This document shows, one piece after another, positions 53,433-63,318 of a DNA stretch of 64,000 nt (positions are counted from its first letter, which is position 1; every line of letters starts with the position of its first letter). This stretch comes from Pseudomonas aeruginosa PAO1 (GTDB taxonomy: Bacteria > Pseudomonadota > Gammaproteobacteria > Pseudomonadales > Pseudomonadaceae), in NCBI RefSeq assembly GCF_000006765.1, contig NC_002516.2. One strand, given 5' to 3'. Position numbers and translations under genes: made by a program. Below the pieces are notes generated by a model. The model did no database searches. It had not been told where the DNA came from and saw only the letters and a program-made list of their open reading frames with translations.

Positions 53433-54437
53433 ATGACTATCCGCCTGGCCATCAACGGCTTCGGTCGCATCGGCCGAAACGTTCTTCGCGCCCTGTATAC
53501 CGGCCACTACCGCGAACAGTTGCAGGTAGTGGCGATCAATGACCTCGGCGACGCCGCGGTCAACGCCCACCTGTTCCAGTACGACAGCGTCCATGGACAC
53601 TTTCCCGGCGAGGTCGAGCACGATGCCGAAAGCCTGCGGGTGATGGGCGACCGCATCGCCGTCAGCGCCATCCGCAACCCGGCGGAACTGCCCTGGAAGA
53701 GCCTCGGCGTGGACATCGTGCTCGAGTGCACGGGGCTCTTCACCAGCCGCGACAAAGCCGCTGCCCACCTGCAGGCCGGCGCCGGCAAGGTGCTGATCTC
53801 GGCGCCCGGCAAGGATGTCGAAGCCACCGTGGTCTACGGCGTCAACCACGAGGTGCTGCGCGCCTCCCATCGGATCGTCTCGAACGCCTCCTGCACCACC
53901 AACTGCCTGGCACCGGTGGCCCAGGTGCTGCATCGCGAGCTGGGCATCGAGCACGGCCTGATGACCACCATCCATGCCTACACCAACGACCAGAACCTCT
54001 CCGACGTGTACCACCCGGACCTGTACCGCGCACGTTCGGCGACCCAGTCGATGATCCCCACCAAGACCGGCGCCGCCGAGGCGGTCGGCCTGGTCCTGCC
54101 GGAACTCGCCGGCAAGCTTACCGGGCTGGCGGTGCGGGTGCCGGTGATCAACGTGTCGCTGGTCGATCTCACCGTGCAGGTGGCCCGGGATACCAGCGTA
54201 GACGAGGTCAACCGCCTGCTGCGCGAAGCCAGCGAGGGCTCTCCGGTGCTCGGCTACAACACCCAGCCGCTGGTGTCGGTGGATTTCAATCACGACCCGC
54301 GCTCGTCGATCTTCGACGCCAACCACACCAAGGTCAGCGGCCGGCTGGTCAAGGCGATGGCCTGGTACGACAACGAGTGGGGCTTCTCCAACCGCATGCT
54401 GGACAGCGCCCTGGCGCTGGCCGCCGCCCGCGACTGA
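53433..54437 (+). CDS. gapA: Glyceraldehyde-3-phosphate dehydrogenase
   Basis: [25 protein letters not shown]. Confidence 0.97.
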   Translation: MTIRLAINGFGRIGRNVLRALYTGHYREQLQVVAINDLGDAAVNAHLFQYDSVHGHFPGEVEHDAESLRVMGDRIAVSAIRNPAELPWKSLGVDIVLECTGLFTSRDKAAAHLQAGAGKVLISAPGKDVEATVVYGVNHEVLRASHRIVSNASCTTNCLAPVAQVLHRELGIEHGLMTTIHAYTNDQNLSDVYHPDLYRARSATQSMIPTKTGAAEAVGLVLPELAGKLTGLAVRVPVINVSLVDLTVQVARDTSVDEVNRLLREASEGSPVLGYNTQPLVSVDFNHDPRSSIFDANHTKVSGRLVKAMAWYDNEWGFSNRMLDSALALAAARD

Positions 54438-54443
54438 CGCGCC

Positions 54444-54626
54444 TCAGCGGAACTTGCGCCGACCGCGCGCCTGCAACGCCAGCAGGCGCAGGTCGGCCTC
54501 GGCGAGGATCAGTCGCTGCTCGGCCTTGTCCGCGCGCTTCCAGGCACGAATTTCCTGGCGCGTACGCCCGCAGCCACGGCACACGTCGGCATCGAACTCA
54601 CAGATATTGATGCAAGGACTTTTCAA
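54444..54626 (-). CDS. DUF1289-family small Cys protein
   Basis: SPCINIC..CRGCGRT..EIRAW; TTG start with AAGGGG SD (alternative GTG at 54674). Confidence 0.75.
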   Translation of the reverse strand: MKSPCINICEFDADVCRGCGRTRQEIRAWKRADKAEQRLILAEADLRLLALQARGRRKFR

Positions 54627-54740
54627 GCGTTCCCCCTTTTTCGGCGCGGACCGCAACCGGTCCTCGCCCGTCACTTCACGACAGGCGGCGGGCCGGCGTC
54701 CAGGAGGGAATGACTATCGGGCCGATCGAGCGGCCCGCGG

Positions 54741-55271
54741 TCACTCGGCCTCGGCGTCGCGCAGGCTTTCGTAGGCAGGCGCGGCATAGATGCCGGCCTC
54801 GACGCAGAGCGCCATGACCCGCGGCAGGTCCTGGGTATAGACCAGCACCGCCTGCAACTCGTCGTCCAGCGGCTCGCTGAAATCCACCAGCACGTAGCCG
54901 CCCTTTTCCGGATACATGCTGCTCAGTTGCACCTGGATACGGTTGAGGGCGACCAGCGGCTCGGTCTTGAGCAACTGCTTCGGCTTGATGTTGAACGCCA
55001 CGTCCTTGCCGAAGGAGGCGACGATCCGGGCGAACAGCTCGGCATAGGTGTCGGCCTGGAACAGCACGATATCCGGCAGGCTACCGACCACCACCCACTC
55101 GCCGAGCGGGATCGGGAAGCTGTCGTCGTAGTTGATGTCCGGGTTGGCGGCGAGGAACCCTGCCGGATCGGCGTAGGCCTGGGCCGCCTCGTCGGCGATC
55201 CGCCGGATCTCCTCGGCGCCCATGCAGCCGGTGCTGATGAGTGTGATCAGTTCGTTCAGGGTCTCTTTCAT
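54741..55271 (-). CDS. Hypothetical acidic protein
   Basis: 176 aa ORF with typical P. aeruginosa codon usage; no motif recognised. Confidence 0.75.
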   Translation of the reverse strand: MKETLNELITLISTGCMGAEEIRRIADEAAQAYADPAGFLAANPDINYDDSFPIPLGEWVVVGSLPDIVLFQADTYAELFARIVASFGKDVAFNIKPKQLLKTEPLVALNRIQVQLSSMYPEKGGYVLVDFSEPLDDELQAVLVYTQDLPRVMALCVEAGIYAAPAYESLRDAEAE

Positions 55272-55351
55272 GGGGAGTTCCAGGGTCGATGAAACGGAGC
55301 GGGCCGGCCTCGCCGGCGCGGCCGGATGAATTCTACAGGGTGGAACGACGG

Positions 55352-56350
55352 TCAGCGGCGCGGCCAGTCGTCGTCGGCGTCCAGTGCCTCGCGCTCCTCG
55401 CGCATGGCCTCCGCCAGGGCGCGCTCTTCGTCATCGGGATCGGCGCCCGCGACAGCCTCCGCGACGGCAGGCTCGACGGCTTGCTCCGCGACCACGGGAA
55501 TCGGCCCAGCCGCTGGCTCGGCGGACTCGTCGCCCTGCTCCGAGGGCTCCGGAGGGTCGAGCAGGTCGTCGAAGTCGGTCTTCAGGCCCTGCTCCATCTC
55601 GTCCAGTTCCAGCAGCAGGCTGCGGAAGCTGGTTTCCTCGCGCGGCTTCTCCGGCTCGCCGGCCTCCCCCTCGATCTCCTCGAGGCTTTCCCCGGCCTCG
55701 GCGATGGCGCGATCGGCCAGGGCCTGGATCGAGGCAGGAATCGCATCCTCGTCGAGATCGTCGCGCGGCGGCTGCGCCGCGGGCGCCACTTCGACCGGCG
55801 GTTCCGGCTCGGGCTCCATCTCGCGCAGCGCCGACAGCGGCGGCAGCTCGTCGAGGCTCTTCAGGTTGAAATAATCGAGGAACGCCTTGGTAGTCGCCAG
55901 CATCGCCGGGCGCCCCGGCACCTCGCGGTAGCCAACGATGCGGATCCACTCCCGCTCCATCAGCGTCTTGACGATCTGGGTGTTCACCGCCACGCCGCGG
56001 ATCTCCTCGATCTCGCCACGGGTGATCGGCTGGCGGTAGGCGATCAGCACCAGGGTTTCCAGCAGCGCGCGCGAATAGCGCTGCGGACGCTCCTCCCAGA
56101 GGCGGCCGACCCACGGCGAGAAACGCTCGCGAATCTGCAGGCGATACCCGGACGCGACTTCCTTCAGCTCGAAGGAGCGCCCTGCGCAGGACAGTGCCAG
56201 GATCGCCAGGGCGTCGCGGAACTGCCCCGGCTCCGGCCGCTCTGCCTCGTCGAACAGCTCAGCCAGGCGTTCCAGCGACAGCGGCTTGCCGGCCGCGAGG
56301 AGGATGCCTTCGAGCAGGGTGGCGAGTTCGTGGGGATCGGACAGGTTCAT
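55352..56350 (-). CDS. scpB: SMC-Scp subunit B
   Basis: LSLERLAELF, VASGYRL, AYRQPITRGEIE, PGRP..TT..FL. Confidence 0.95.
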   Translation of the reverse strand: MNLSDPHELATLLEGILLAAGKPLSLERLAELFDEAERPEPGQFRDALAILALSCAGRSFELKEVASGYRLQIRERFSPWVGRLWEERPQRYSRALLETLVLIAYRQPITRGEIEEIRGVAVNTQIVKTLMEREWIRIVGYREVPGRPAMLATTKAFLDYFNLKSLDELPPLSALREMEPEPEPPVEVAPAAQPPRDDLDEDAIPASIQALADRAIAEAGESLEEIEGEAGEPEKPREETSFRSLLLELDEMEQGLKTDFDDLLDPPEPSEQGDESAEPAAGPIPVVAEQAVEPAVAEAVAGADPDDEERALAEAMREEREALDADDDWPRR

Positions 56351-56489
56351 CGTCGCAACGGATACCGGAGCCAGGAAGAGGGAAAGATAGCGGAATCGGG
56401 CATGCAGCTTAACAGGCCACGGCAGGGAGCGAAGCCGGAAGCTCGGAAAAGGCGACCGTCCGCAGGAGGACGAACGGCCAGCGGCGCGC

Positions 56490-57380
56490 TCACTCGAAAT
56501 CGTCTTCCAGGGCTTCCTCCAGGGTTTCGCCTTCCTCCGCTTCGCGGGCTATCCGCAGGCGCACATGGATGGCGCCGAAAGCCTCGTTCTGCACCAGTTC
56601 CACCATCTGCTCCTTGACCAGTTCGAGGATCGCCATGAAGGTGACCACCACGCCGAGCTTGCCCTCCTCCAGGGTGAACAACTGGATGAAGGGCACGAAG
56701 GCGCCGCCTTTCAGGCGCTCCAGCACTTCGCTCATGCGTTCGCGGGTGGACAGTACCTCGCGGGTCACCTGGTGGCTCTCGAACAGGTCGGCGCGGCGCA
56801 GCATCTCGCCCATCACCAGCATCAGCTCCTGCAGCGCCAGCTCCGGCAGCAGCTTGCGCGCCCGCGCCTCGGGAGCAGCCACCGCCGGCACCAGCACGTC
56901 GCGGCCGACCCGGGGCAGTTCGTCGAGGTCTTCGGCGGCCTTCTTGAACCGTTCGTACTCCTGCAGGCGGCGGATCAGCTCGGCCCGTGGATCTTCCTCT
57001 TCCTCCTCGGCTTCCGCCGAGCGCGGCAGCAACATGCGCGACTTGATCTCCGCCAGCATCGCCGCCATCACCAGGTACTCGGCGGCCAGCTCCAGGCGCA
57101 CCGCCTTCATCAGCTCGACATAGCCCATGTACTGGCGGGTGATTTCCGCCACCGGGATATCCAGGATGTCGATGTTCTGCTTGCGGATCAGGTACAGCAG
57201 CAGGTCGAGCGGGCCCTCGAAGGCCTCGAGGAAGACCTCCAACGCGTCCGGCGGGATATAGAGGTCCTGCGGCAGCTCGGTGACCGCCTCGCCGTAGACC
57301 AGCGCCAGTTGCAGCGGCACCCGCTCGGCGGCGGGTTCGGCTGGAGGGGTGTCGGCGTTGGCCGGGTTATCGTCCTGCAT
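56490..57380 (-). CDS. scpA: SMC-Scp subunit A (kleisin); start uncertain
   Basis: FEGPLDLLLYLI, AAEYLVMAA, VVTFMAILEL. Confidence 0.93.
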   Translation of the reverse strand: MQDDNPANADTPPAEPAAERVPLQLALVYGEAVTELPQDLYIPPDALEVFLEAFEGPLDLLLYLIRKQNIDILDIPVAEITRQYMGYVELMKAVRLELAAEYLVMAAMLAEIKSRMLLPRSAEAEEEEEDPRAELIRRLQEYERFKKAAEDLDELPRVGRDVLVPAVAAPEARARKLLPELALQELMLVMGEMLRRADLFESHQVTREVLSTRERMSEVLERLKGGAFVPFIQLFTLEEGKLGVVVTFMAILELVKEQMVELVQNEAFGAIHVRLRIAREAEEGETLEEALEDDFE

Positions 57381-57414
57381 CGCTAGGCTCGTGGTGGGCG
57401 GATTCGGGCGGCGC

Positions 57415-58044
57415 TCAGGCCGGCTGCATGAACGGCGCCGGATCGCCGCAACCCACGCGGATCACTTCGGGATCGGTGTCGGTCAGGCTGATCACGGTGG
57501 AGGCCTCGCCGCCGCCATAGCCCCCGTCCACGATCAGGTCGACCTGGTGTTCCAGCACCTGGCGCATTTCATAGGGATCGTTCAGCGGCTCGCCGCTGCC
57601 GGGCATGATCAGGCTCACGCTCATCAGCGGTTCGCCCAGTTCCTCCAGCAGCGCCCGGGCGATCGGACAGTTCGGCACGCGCAGGCCGATGGTGCGGCGC
57701 TTGGGGTGCAGGAGCATGCGCGGCACCTCGCGGGTGGCGCTGAGGATGAAGGTGTAGGGACCGGGGGTGTGCGCCTTGAGCAGGCGGAACAGGCCGGTGT
57801 CGACCTTGGCATAGACGCCCAGCTCGGAAAGGTCGCGGCAGACCAGGGTGAAGTTGTGCTTGTCGTCCAGTTGGCGGATGCGGCGGATGCGATCCACCGC
57901 GGTCTTTTCGCCGATGCGGCAGCCCAGGGCATAGGACGAGTCGGTGGGATAGACGATCACCCCACCCTGGCGGACAATTTCCACCGCCTGCTTGACCAGC
58001 CGCGGCTGGGGATTTTCCGGATGGATCTGGAAGAACTGGCTCAT
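57415..58044 (-). CDS. yciO: Sua5/YciO/YrdC-family protein
   Basis: YPTDSSYALG, TIGLRVP; 209 aa. Confidence 0.9.
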   Translation of the reverse strand: MSQFFQIHPENPQPRLVKQAVEIVRQGGVIVYPTDSSYALGCRIGEKTAVDRIRRIRQLDDKHNFTLVCRDLSELGVYAKVDTGLFRLLKAHTPGPYTFILSATREVPRMLLHPKRRTIGLRVPNCPIARALLEELGEPLMSVSLIMPGSGEPLNDPYEMRQVLEHQVDLIVDGGYGGGEASTVISLTDTDPEVIRVGCGDPAPFMQPA

Positions 58045-58928
58045 TCGGCCCCCTTGGCTTCGGAATGACGTTCGGTATCGCGAAAATGCCTGGCGAAACG
58101 CGGCCACATGGCCGGAAGGTCCTCTGGAACCGCACGGTACATGCCCAGTTCGGACCAGTCGCCCGGCGCGTGGAAATCGCTGCCGGCGGTGACCATCAGG
58201 CCGAACTCGCGGGCCAGGATCGACAGGGTACCGACCTGTTCGGCCGGCTGCACGCCATTGACCACCTCGATGGCGTGTCCGCCGGCCTGGAGAAAGTCGG
58301 CGACCAGGCGCCGGCGCTTGGTCCGGGTGAAATCATAATGATACGGGTGCGCCAGGCTGATCCAGGCGCGCGCCTCGCGCAGGCAGCCGACCACTTCCTC
58401 CAGGGTCGGCCAGTGCTGCTTGACGTCTCCCAGCTTGCCGGCCCCCAGCCACTTGCGGAACGCGTCGGCGCGATCCTTGACCCAGCCGCCCTGGACCAGG
58501 AACTCGGCGAAATGCGGCCGCGCCGGCGCGTTGCCGCTGTCGCCCAAGGCCTGCTGGATCGCCCGCGCGCCCTCCAGCGCACCGGGCATACCCTTGGCCG
58601 CAAGCCGCCGGTCGATTTCCTCGGCGCGCGCCCAGCGGCCCCGGTGCAGGGCTTCGGTCGCCTGGCGCAGGGGAGCGGCGTCGAGGTCGAAACCGTAGCC
58701 CAGCACATGAATGGTGGCACCGCCCCAGGTGCAGGACAGCTCGACACCGTTGACCAGTTCGATACCGAGTCGAGCGGCCGCCTGGTGGGCTTCCGGCAGG
58801 CCTTCCAGGGTGTCGTGGTCGGTCAGCGCCAGCAGCCCGACGCCTTTCTCGTGGGCCCGCTGCACCAGGGCGGCGGGCGCGAGCACGCCATCGGAGGCGG
58901 TACTGTGGCAATGCAGATCGACACGCAT
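58041..58928 (-). CDS. PHP-domain phosphoesterase (YciV/TrpH type)
   Basis: DLHCHSTASDG, TDHD, AHP, GSDFH. Confidence 0.92.
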   Translation of the reverse strand: MRVDLHCHSTASDGVLAPAALVQRAHEKGVGLLALTDHDTLEGLPEAHQAAARLGIELVNGVELSCTWGGATIHVLGYGFDLDAAPLRQATEALHRGRWARAEEIDRRLAAKGMPGALEGARAIQQALGDSGNAPARPHFAEFLVQGGWVKDRADAFRKWLGAGKLGDVKQHWPTLEEVVGCLREARAWISLAHPYHYDFTRTKRRRLVADFLQAGGHAIEVVNGVQPAEQVGTLSILAREFGLMVTAGSDFHAPGDWSELGMYRAVPEDLPAMWPRFARHFRDTERHSEAKGAE

Positions 58929-59143
58929 GGCTGAATCCTGATTCCAGTGAAGAATGGTGATGAAGCAACGCCGATTCGCTGCCTCGCGGTATCGAGACGT
59001 ACCGTTCATGGGTCCGGGGAGCCTGCTCCACCTGGCGAATGCGCCTGCGGCACAGGCCTGACGCATTCGGAAAGACAGGATGACTGTTTCAGAACATCCA
59101 GAGGTTGCTATTATGCCGTTTCAACCGTGTCCTGACTGCCACC

Positions 59144-59731
59144 ATGAAGCAATTCATCGATTTCATCCCACTGATCCTGTTCTTCATCGTCTACAAGATA
59201 GACCCTCAGAACGTCGAGTTCGCCGGGTTCAATCTGAGTGGCATCTACGGCGCGACCGCGACCCTGATCCTCGCCTCGGTGATCGTCTACGGCGCCCTCT
59301 GGCTCAAGCACCGCCACCTGGAAAAGAGCCAGTGGTTCACCCTCGGCGCCTGCCTGGTCCTCGGCGGCCTGACCCTGGCCTTCCACGAGGACACCTTCCT
59401 CAAGTGGAAGGCGCCGCTGGTCAACTGGCTGTTCGCCCTGGCCTTCGCCGGCAGTCACTTCATCGGCGACAAGCCGATGATCCAGCGCATCATGGGCCAT
59501 GCCATCCAGTTGCCGCAGGGCCTCTGGGTGCGCCTGAACATCGCCTGGGTGGTGTTCTTCCTGGTGTGCGGCTTCGCCAACCTGTACGTGGTCTTCACCT
59601 ATCCGAACTTCTGGGTGGACTTCAAGGTGTTCGGCAGCCTCGGCATGACCTTGCTGTTCCTGATCGGCCAGGGCCTGTTCCTGGCTCGCCACCTGCACGA
59701 CGCCGATACCGGCGAAAAGCCCAAGGACTGA
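59144..59731 (+). CDS. yciB: Inner-membrane protein YciB/IspZ
   Basis: [23 protein letters not shown]. Confidence 0.93.
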   Translation: MKQFIDFIPLILFFIVYKIDPQNVEFAGFNLSGIYGATATLILASVIVYGALWLKHRHLEKSQWFTLGACLVLGGLTLAFHEDTFLKWKAPLVNWLFALAFAGSHFIGDKPMIQRIMGHAIQLPQGLWVRLNIAWVVFFLVCGFANLYVVFTYPNFWVDFKVFGSLGMTLLFLIGQGLFLARHLHDADTGEKPKD

Positions 59732-59732
59732 C

Positions 59733-60032
59733 ATGCTCTACGCGATCATCGCCCGTGACATCCCCGCTTCCCAGGAACGCCGCCTGGCCAGCCGCCCGGC
59801 CCACCTGGCCCGTCTCGAACAGCTGAAGGAAGAAGGCCGCCTGGTACTCGCCGGCCCGCACCCGGCGATCGACAGCAACGACCCGGGCGCCGCCGGCTTC
59901 ACCGGCAGCCTGATCGTCGCCGAATTCGATTCGCTGGCCGCGGCGCAGAGCTGGGCCGAGGCCGATCCCTACCGGGCCGCCGGGGTGTACGCCGAGGTGG
60001 TGGTCAAGCCGTTCAAGAAAGTCCTGCCCTGA
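59733..60032 (+). CDS. yciI: YciI-family protein
   Basis: [19 protein letters not shown]. Confidence 0.93.
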   Translation: MLYAIIARDIPASQERRLASRPAHLARLEQLKEEGRLVLAGPHPAIDSNDPGAAGFTGSLIVAEFDSLAAAQSWAEADPYRAAGVYAEVVVKPFKKVLP

Positions 60033-60207
60033 GGCAGTCGCCGGGTACCGGCGGCCGGCCCGGTCGCCCTCCCGGCAAACGTTTTCGCACCGGACGCCGC
60101 TTTCCGGTGCCCGCCGCAGCGCAACCAGGCCGGCCCGGCGCTTTCGCCAAGCCGGAAGGGCGAACCGGAAGACAGTGCAATCCGTCGCTTCATCGGTACA
60201 AGGAGTC

Positions 60208-60570
60208 ATGATGCGTCCATCCGCTGCCCATTGCCTGCTGCTGAGCCTGGGAGCTTCCCTGGCCCTGGCCGAGGAACCCGCGCCAGCACCGATTCCAGCC
60301 GCGCAGCCTTCCATTACGCAGGCTACCGCCGAACTGGAGCGCCGCCTGGTGGAAACGGAACGCCAGCGCGACGAACTGGTCAGTCGTATGCGCCAGGAGA
60401 ACCGCCAGTTGCGCGAGCAGCTGCAGGCGGCCCAGGCGCAGCGGCAACCGCCGCTGCTCACGGAAGAGCAGACCTGGTATGTCGCCGGCGCCGCCACGGC
60501 CCTGCTCGCGTTCGTCCTCGGTGCCCTGAGCCGCGGCCGCCGGCGACAGCGACGCGAATGGATCAATTGA
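60208..60570 (+). CDS. Signal peptide-coiled coil-TM protein upstream of cpxR
   Basis: AAGGAG SD; 120 aa; stop 10 nt before cpxR start. Confidence 0.8.
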   Translation: MMRPSAAHCLLLSLGASLALAEEPAPAPIPAAQPSITQATAELERRLVETERQRDELVSRMRQENRQLREQLQAAQAQRQPPLLTEEQTWYVAGAATALLAFVLGALSRGRRRQRREWIN

Positions 60571-60580
60571 GCGACACTCG

Positions 60581-61258
60581 ATGAGCGAACTGCTGTTGAT
60601 CGACGATGACCGGGAGCTCTGCGAGCTGCTCGGTACCTGGCTGGTCCAGGAAGGTTTCTCCGTGCGTGCCAGCCACGACGGCGCCCAGGCCCGTCGCGCC
60701 CTCGCCGAGCAGACACCGGATGCCGTGGTGCTCGACGTGATGCTGCCGGACGGTAGCGGCCTGGAACTGCTCAAGCAACTGCGCGGCGACCATCCCGACC
60801 TGCCGGTGCTGATGCTGTCCGCCCGCGGCGAGCCGCTGGACCGCATCCTCGGTCTGGAACTGGGCGCCGACGACTACCTGGCCAAGCCCTGCGACCCGCG
60901 CGAACTCACCGCACGGCTGCGCGCCGTGCTGCGGCGAACCCACCCGGCGCAACCCAGCGCGCAGATGCAACTGGGCGACCTGTCGCTGAACCTGACGCGC
61001 GGCGTGGCGCAGATCGACGGCCAGGAGATCAGCCTGACCCTTTCCGAAAGCCGCATCCTCGAAGCGCTCCTGCGCCAGCCCGGCGAGCCGCTGGACAAGC
61101 AGGCCCTGGCGCAACTGGCGCTGGGCCGCAAGCTGACCCTCTACGACCGCAGCCTGGACATGCACGTCAGCAACCTGCGCAAGAAGCTCGGCAGCCACCC
61201 CGACGGCAGCCCGCGCATCCTCGCCCTGCGCGGCCGCGGCTACTACTACAGCCACTGA
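60581..61258 (+). CDS. cpxR: CpxR response regulator
   Basis: OmpR family; KPCDPREL, RSLDMHVSNLRKKL; next to cpxP-like gene. Confidence 0.88.
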   Translation: MSELLLIDDDRELCELLGTWLVQEGFSVRASHDGAQARRALAEQTPDAVVLDVMLPDGSGLELLKQLRGDHPDLPVLMLSARGEPLDRILGLELGADDYLAKPCDPRELTARLRAVLRRTHPAQPSAQMQLGDLSLNLTRGVAQIDGQEISLTLSESRILEALLRQPGEPLDKQALAQLALGRKLTLYDRSLDMHVSNLRKKLGSHPDGSPRILALRGRGYYYSH

Positions 61259-61289
61259 GCGGGTTTCGTCAGCCCGCCGACACAAGGTC

Positions 61290-61305
61290 TTTACCCAAGC
61301 TTTAC
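61290..61305 (-). promoter_or_regulatory. CpxR box upstream of cpxP
   Basis: GTAAA-GCTTGG-GTAAA on minus strand (TTTAC-N6-TTTAC on plus). Confidence 0.7.
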
Positions 61306-61386
61306 CCAGGGCTGACCGCGCTTGACCTTGACCTCCCTAGACTGGGCTCATCCGGTAAATGGCCGGACCCAGAAAGGAGAAACACC

Positions 61387-61827
61387 ATGCGCAAGACGCT
61401 AACCGCCCTGTTCATCGCCGCCGCCCTGCCGACCTTCGCCATGGCCGCGCCCGCCGCCAACGACCTGCCCCCCCCGCCGATGGAAGGCGGCCACATGATG
61501 GGCCAGCACGGTCCCCGGCATGGCGGCCCGATGAAGGAACTGGACCTGACCCGCGAACAGCGCCAGCAGATGGGCAAACTGATGGGCGAACAAATGAAGG
61601 CCCGCCACGAGATCACCCAGCGCTACCTGGCCAAGCTGCCGGCGGCCGAGCAGAAGGCCCTGAAGGACGAACTCAAGGCCAGCCACGAGAAGACCCAGAA
61701 GGACATCCGCGCCCTGCTCACCCCCGAGCAGCAGAAGAAGTTCGACGAACTGCAGAAGAAGCGCGAGCAGCGCAAGGCAGAGTGGGCCGAATTCCAGCAA
61801 TGGAAGGCCGACAAGAAGTCCAACTGA
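61387..61827 (+). CDS. cpxP: Spy/CpxP-family periplasmic protein
   Basis: Signal peptide; LTREQ and LTPEQ (LTxxQ) motifs. Confidence 0.9.
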   Translation: MRKTLTALFIAAALPTFAMAAPAANDLPPPPMEGGHMMGQHGPRHGGPMKELDLTREQRQQMGKLMGEQMKARHEITQRYLAKLPAAEQKALKDELKASHEKTQKDIRALLTPEQQKKFDELQKKREQRKAEWAEFQQWKADKKSN

Positions 61828-61837
61828 CGTCCGAGCC

Positions 61838-61864
61838 ACCGCTACCGGGTCCTCCGGTAGCGGT
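61838..61864 (+). other. Intercistronic stem-loop between cpxP and sensor kinase
   Basis: ACCGCTACCGG-GTCCT-CCGGTAGCGGT, no U tract. Confidence 0.6.
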
Positions 61865-61941
61865 CTTCCGACCAGCCGGAATCGCATATCCTAGGGGTTT
61901 ACCCTCGCGGCCGGCCCGACATGCGATTCAACAGGAAAACC

Positions 61942-63279
61942 ATGCGTTCACTCTTCTGGCGAATCCTCGCCGCCTTCTGGCTGGCCCTGCTGCTGGTCGC
62001 CGGGCTGTCCATCCTGCTGGGTCGTGCGCTGAACCAGGACACCTGGATCATCGCCCGCCATCCTGGCCTGAAGGATCTCGCCGAGCAGTGGACCGCCCTC
62101 TACGAAGAACAGGGCAGCTACGCGGCCCAGGGCTTGCTGGAGCAACGCCGTCGCGACTACGGGATTTCCATCCAGGTGCTCGATGAAAGCGGCCAGCGCC
62201 TGGTCGACGGCACCTACCTGCCGCGCCCCCACCACCGCCCGCCGCGCACCAGCGACCGCAACCTGCCGCGCTTCCCCTGGCGCCAGCTGAGCCAGGAATA
62301 CGTCAGCCCGCAGAGCAACCATACCTATCTGTTCATCTACCGCATCCCGCACCCGGAGCTGGAGGCCTGGCACCGCGGCAGCCTGCTCTGGCCGCTCAGC
62401 GCGCTGGGCATCGCACTGGTGGTGCTGACCCTGTTCAGCCTGCTGCTGACGCTGTCCATCACCCGTCCGCTGAACCGTCTGCGGCGCGCCGTGCACGACC
62501 TCGGCCAGACCGCCTACCAGAAGGACAGCCTGGCCCGCCTGGCGCGGCGCGGCGATGAACTGGGCACCCTGGCGCGCGATTTCAACCGCATGGGCGAACG
62601 CCTGCAAAGCCTGATCGGCAGCCAGCGTCAGTTGCTCCGCGACGTATCCCACGAACTGCGCTCGCCGCTGGCGCGCCTGCGCATCGCCCTGGCCCTGGCC
62701 GAACGCGCCGAACCGGAAGCGCGGGCGCAGATGTGGCCGCGCCTGGAACAGGAATGCGACCGCCTGGAAGCGCTGATCGGCGAGATCCTCGCCCTCGCCC
62801 GGCTCGACGCCGAACCCGGCGCGAGCCAACGGATCGCCCTGCTACCGCTGCTCCAGCGGCTACGCGAAGACGCCCTGCTGCTGGCTCCGGAACAGGATAT
62901 CCGCCTGGAGGTGGCGCCTGACCTGAGCATCGACGGCTGGCCGGACATGTTCGAACGCGCGGTGGACAACCTGCTGCGCAACGCCGTGCGCTTCAACCCC
63001 GTCGGCCAACCCCTGGAGGTGCGTGCCAGCAGCGCCGGCGACTACCTGCGCCTGAGCGTCCGCGACCATGGGCCAGGCATCGCCGCCGAACTGCAGGAGC
63101 AGTTGGGCGAGCCGTTCTTCCGCGCACCCAACCAGAGCAGCCCGGGACACGGCCTGGGCCTGGCCATCGCCCGCCGCGCCATCGAGCGCCACGGCGGGCA
63201 CCTGCGCCTGGGCAACCATCCCGACGGCGGCTTCATCGCCACCCTCAGCCTGCCGCTACGGCGCAAGGCGACCGAATGA
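61942..63279 (+). CDS. cpxA: Cpx sensor histidine kinase (CpxA/CpxS)
   Basis: MRSLFWRI, HAMP, SHELRSPL, NLLRNA, DHGPG, GLGLAI; 445 aa. Confidence 0.88.
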   Translation: MRSLFWRILAAFWLALLLVAGLSILLGRALNQDTWIIARHPGLKDLAEQWTALYEEQGSYAAQGLLEQRRRDYGISIQVLDESGQRLVDGTYLPRPHHRPPRTSDRNLPRFPWRQLSQEYVSPQSNHTYLFIYRIPHPELEAWHRGSLLWPLSALGIALVVLTLFSLLLTLSITRPLNRLRRAVHDLGQTAYQKDSLARLARRGDELGTLARDFNRMGERLQSLIGSQRQLLRDVSHELRSPLARLRIALALAERAEPEARAQMWPRLEQECDRLEALIGEILALARLDAEPGASQRIALLPLLQRLREDALLLAPEQDIRLEVAPDLSIDGWPDMFERAVDNLLRNAVRFNPVGQPLEVRASSAGDYLRLSVRDHGPGIAAELQEQLGEPFFRAPNQSSPGHGLGLAIARRAIERHGGHLRLGNHPDGGFIATLSLPLRRKATE

Positions 63280-63318
63280 CGCCGCGCCCAGATGAACAAT
63301 TCCCCAGGAGCATCCGGC

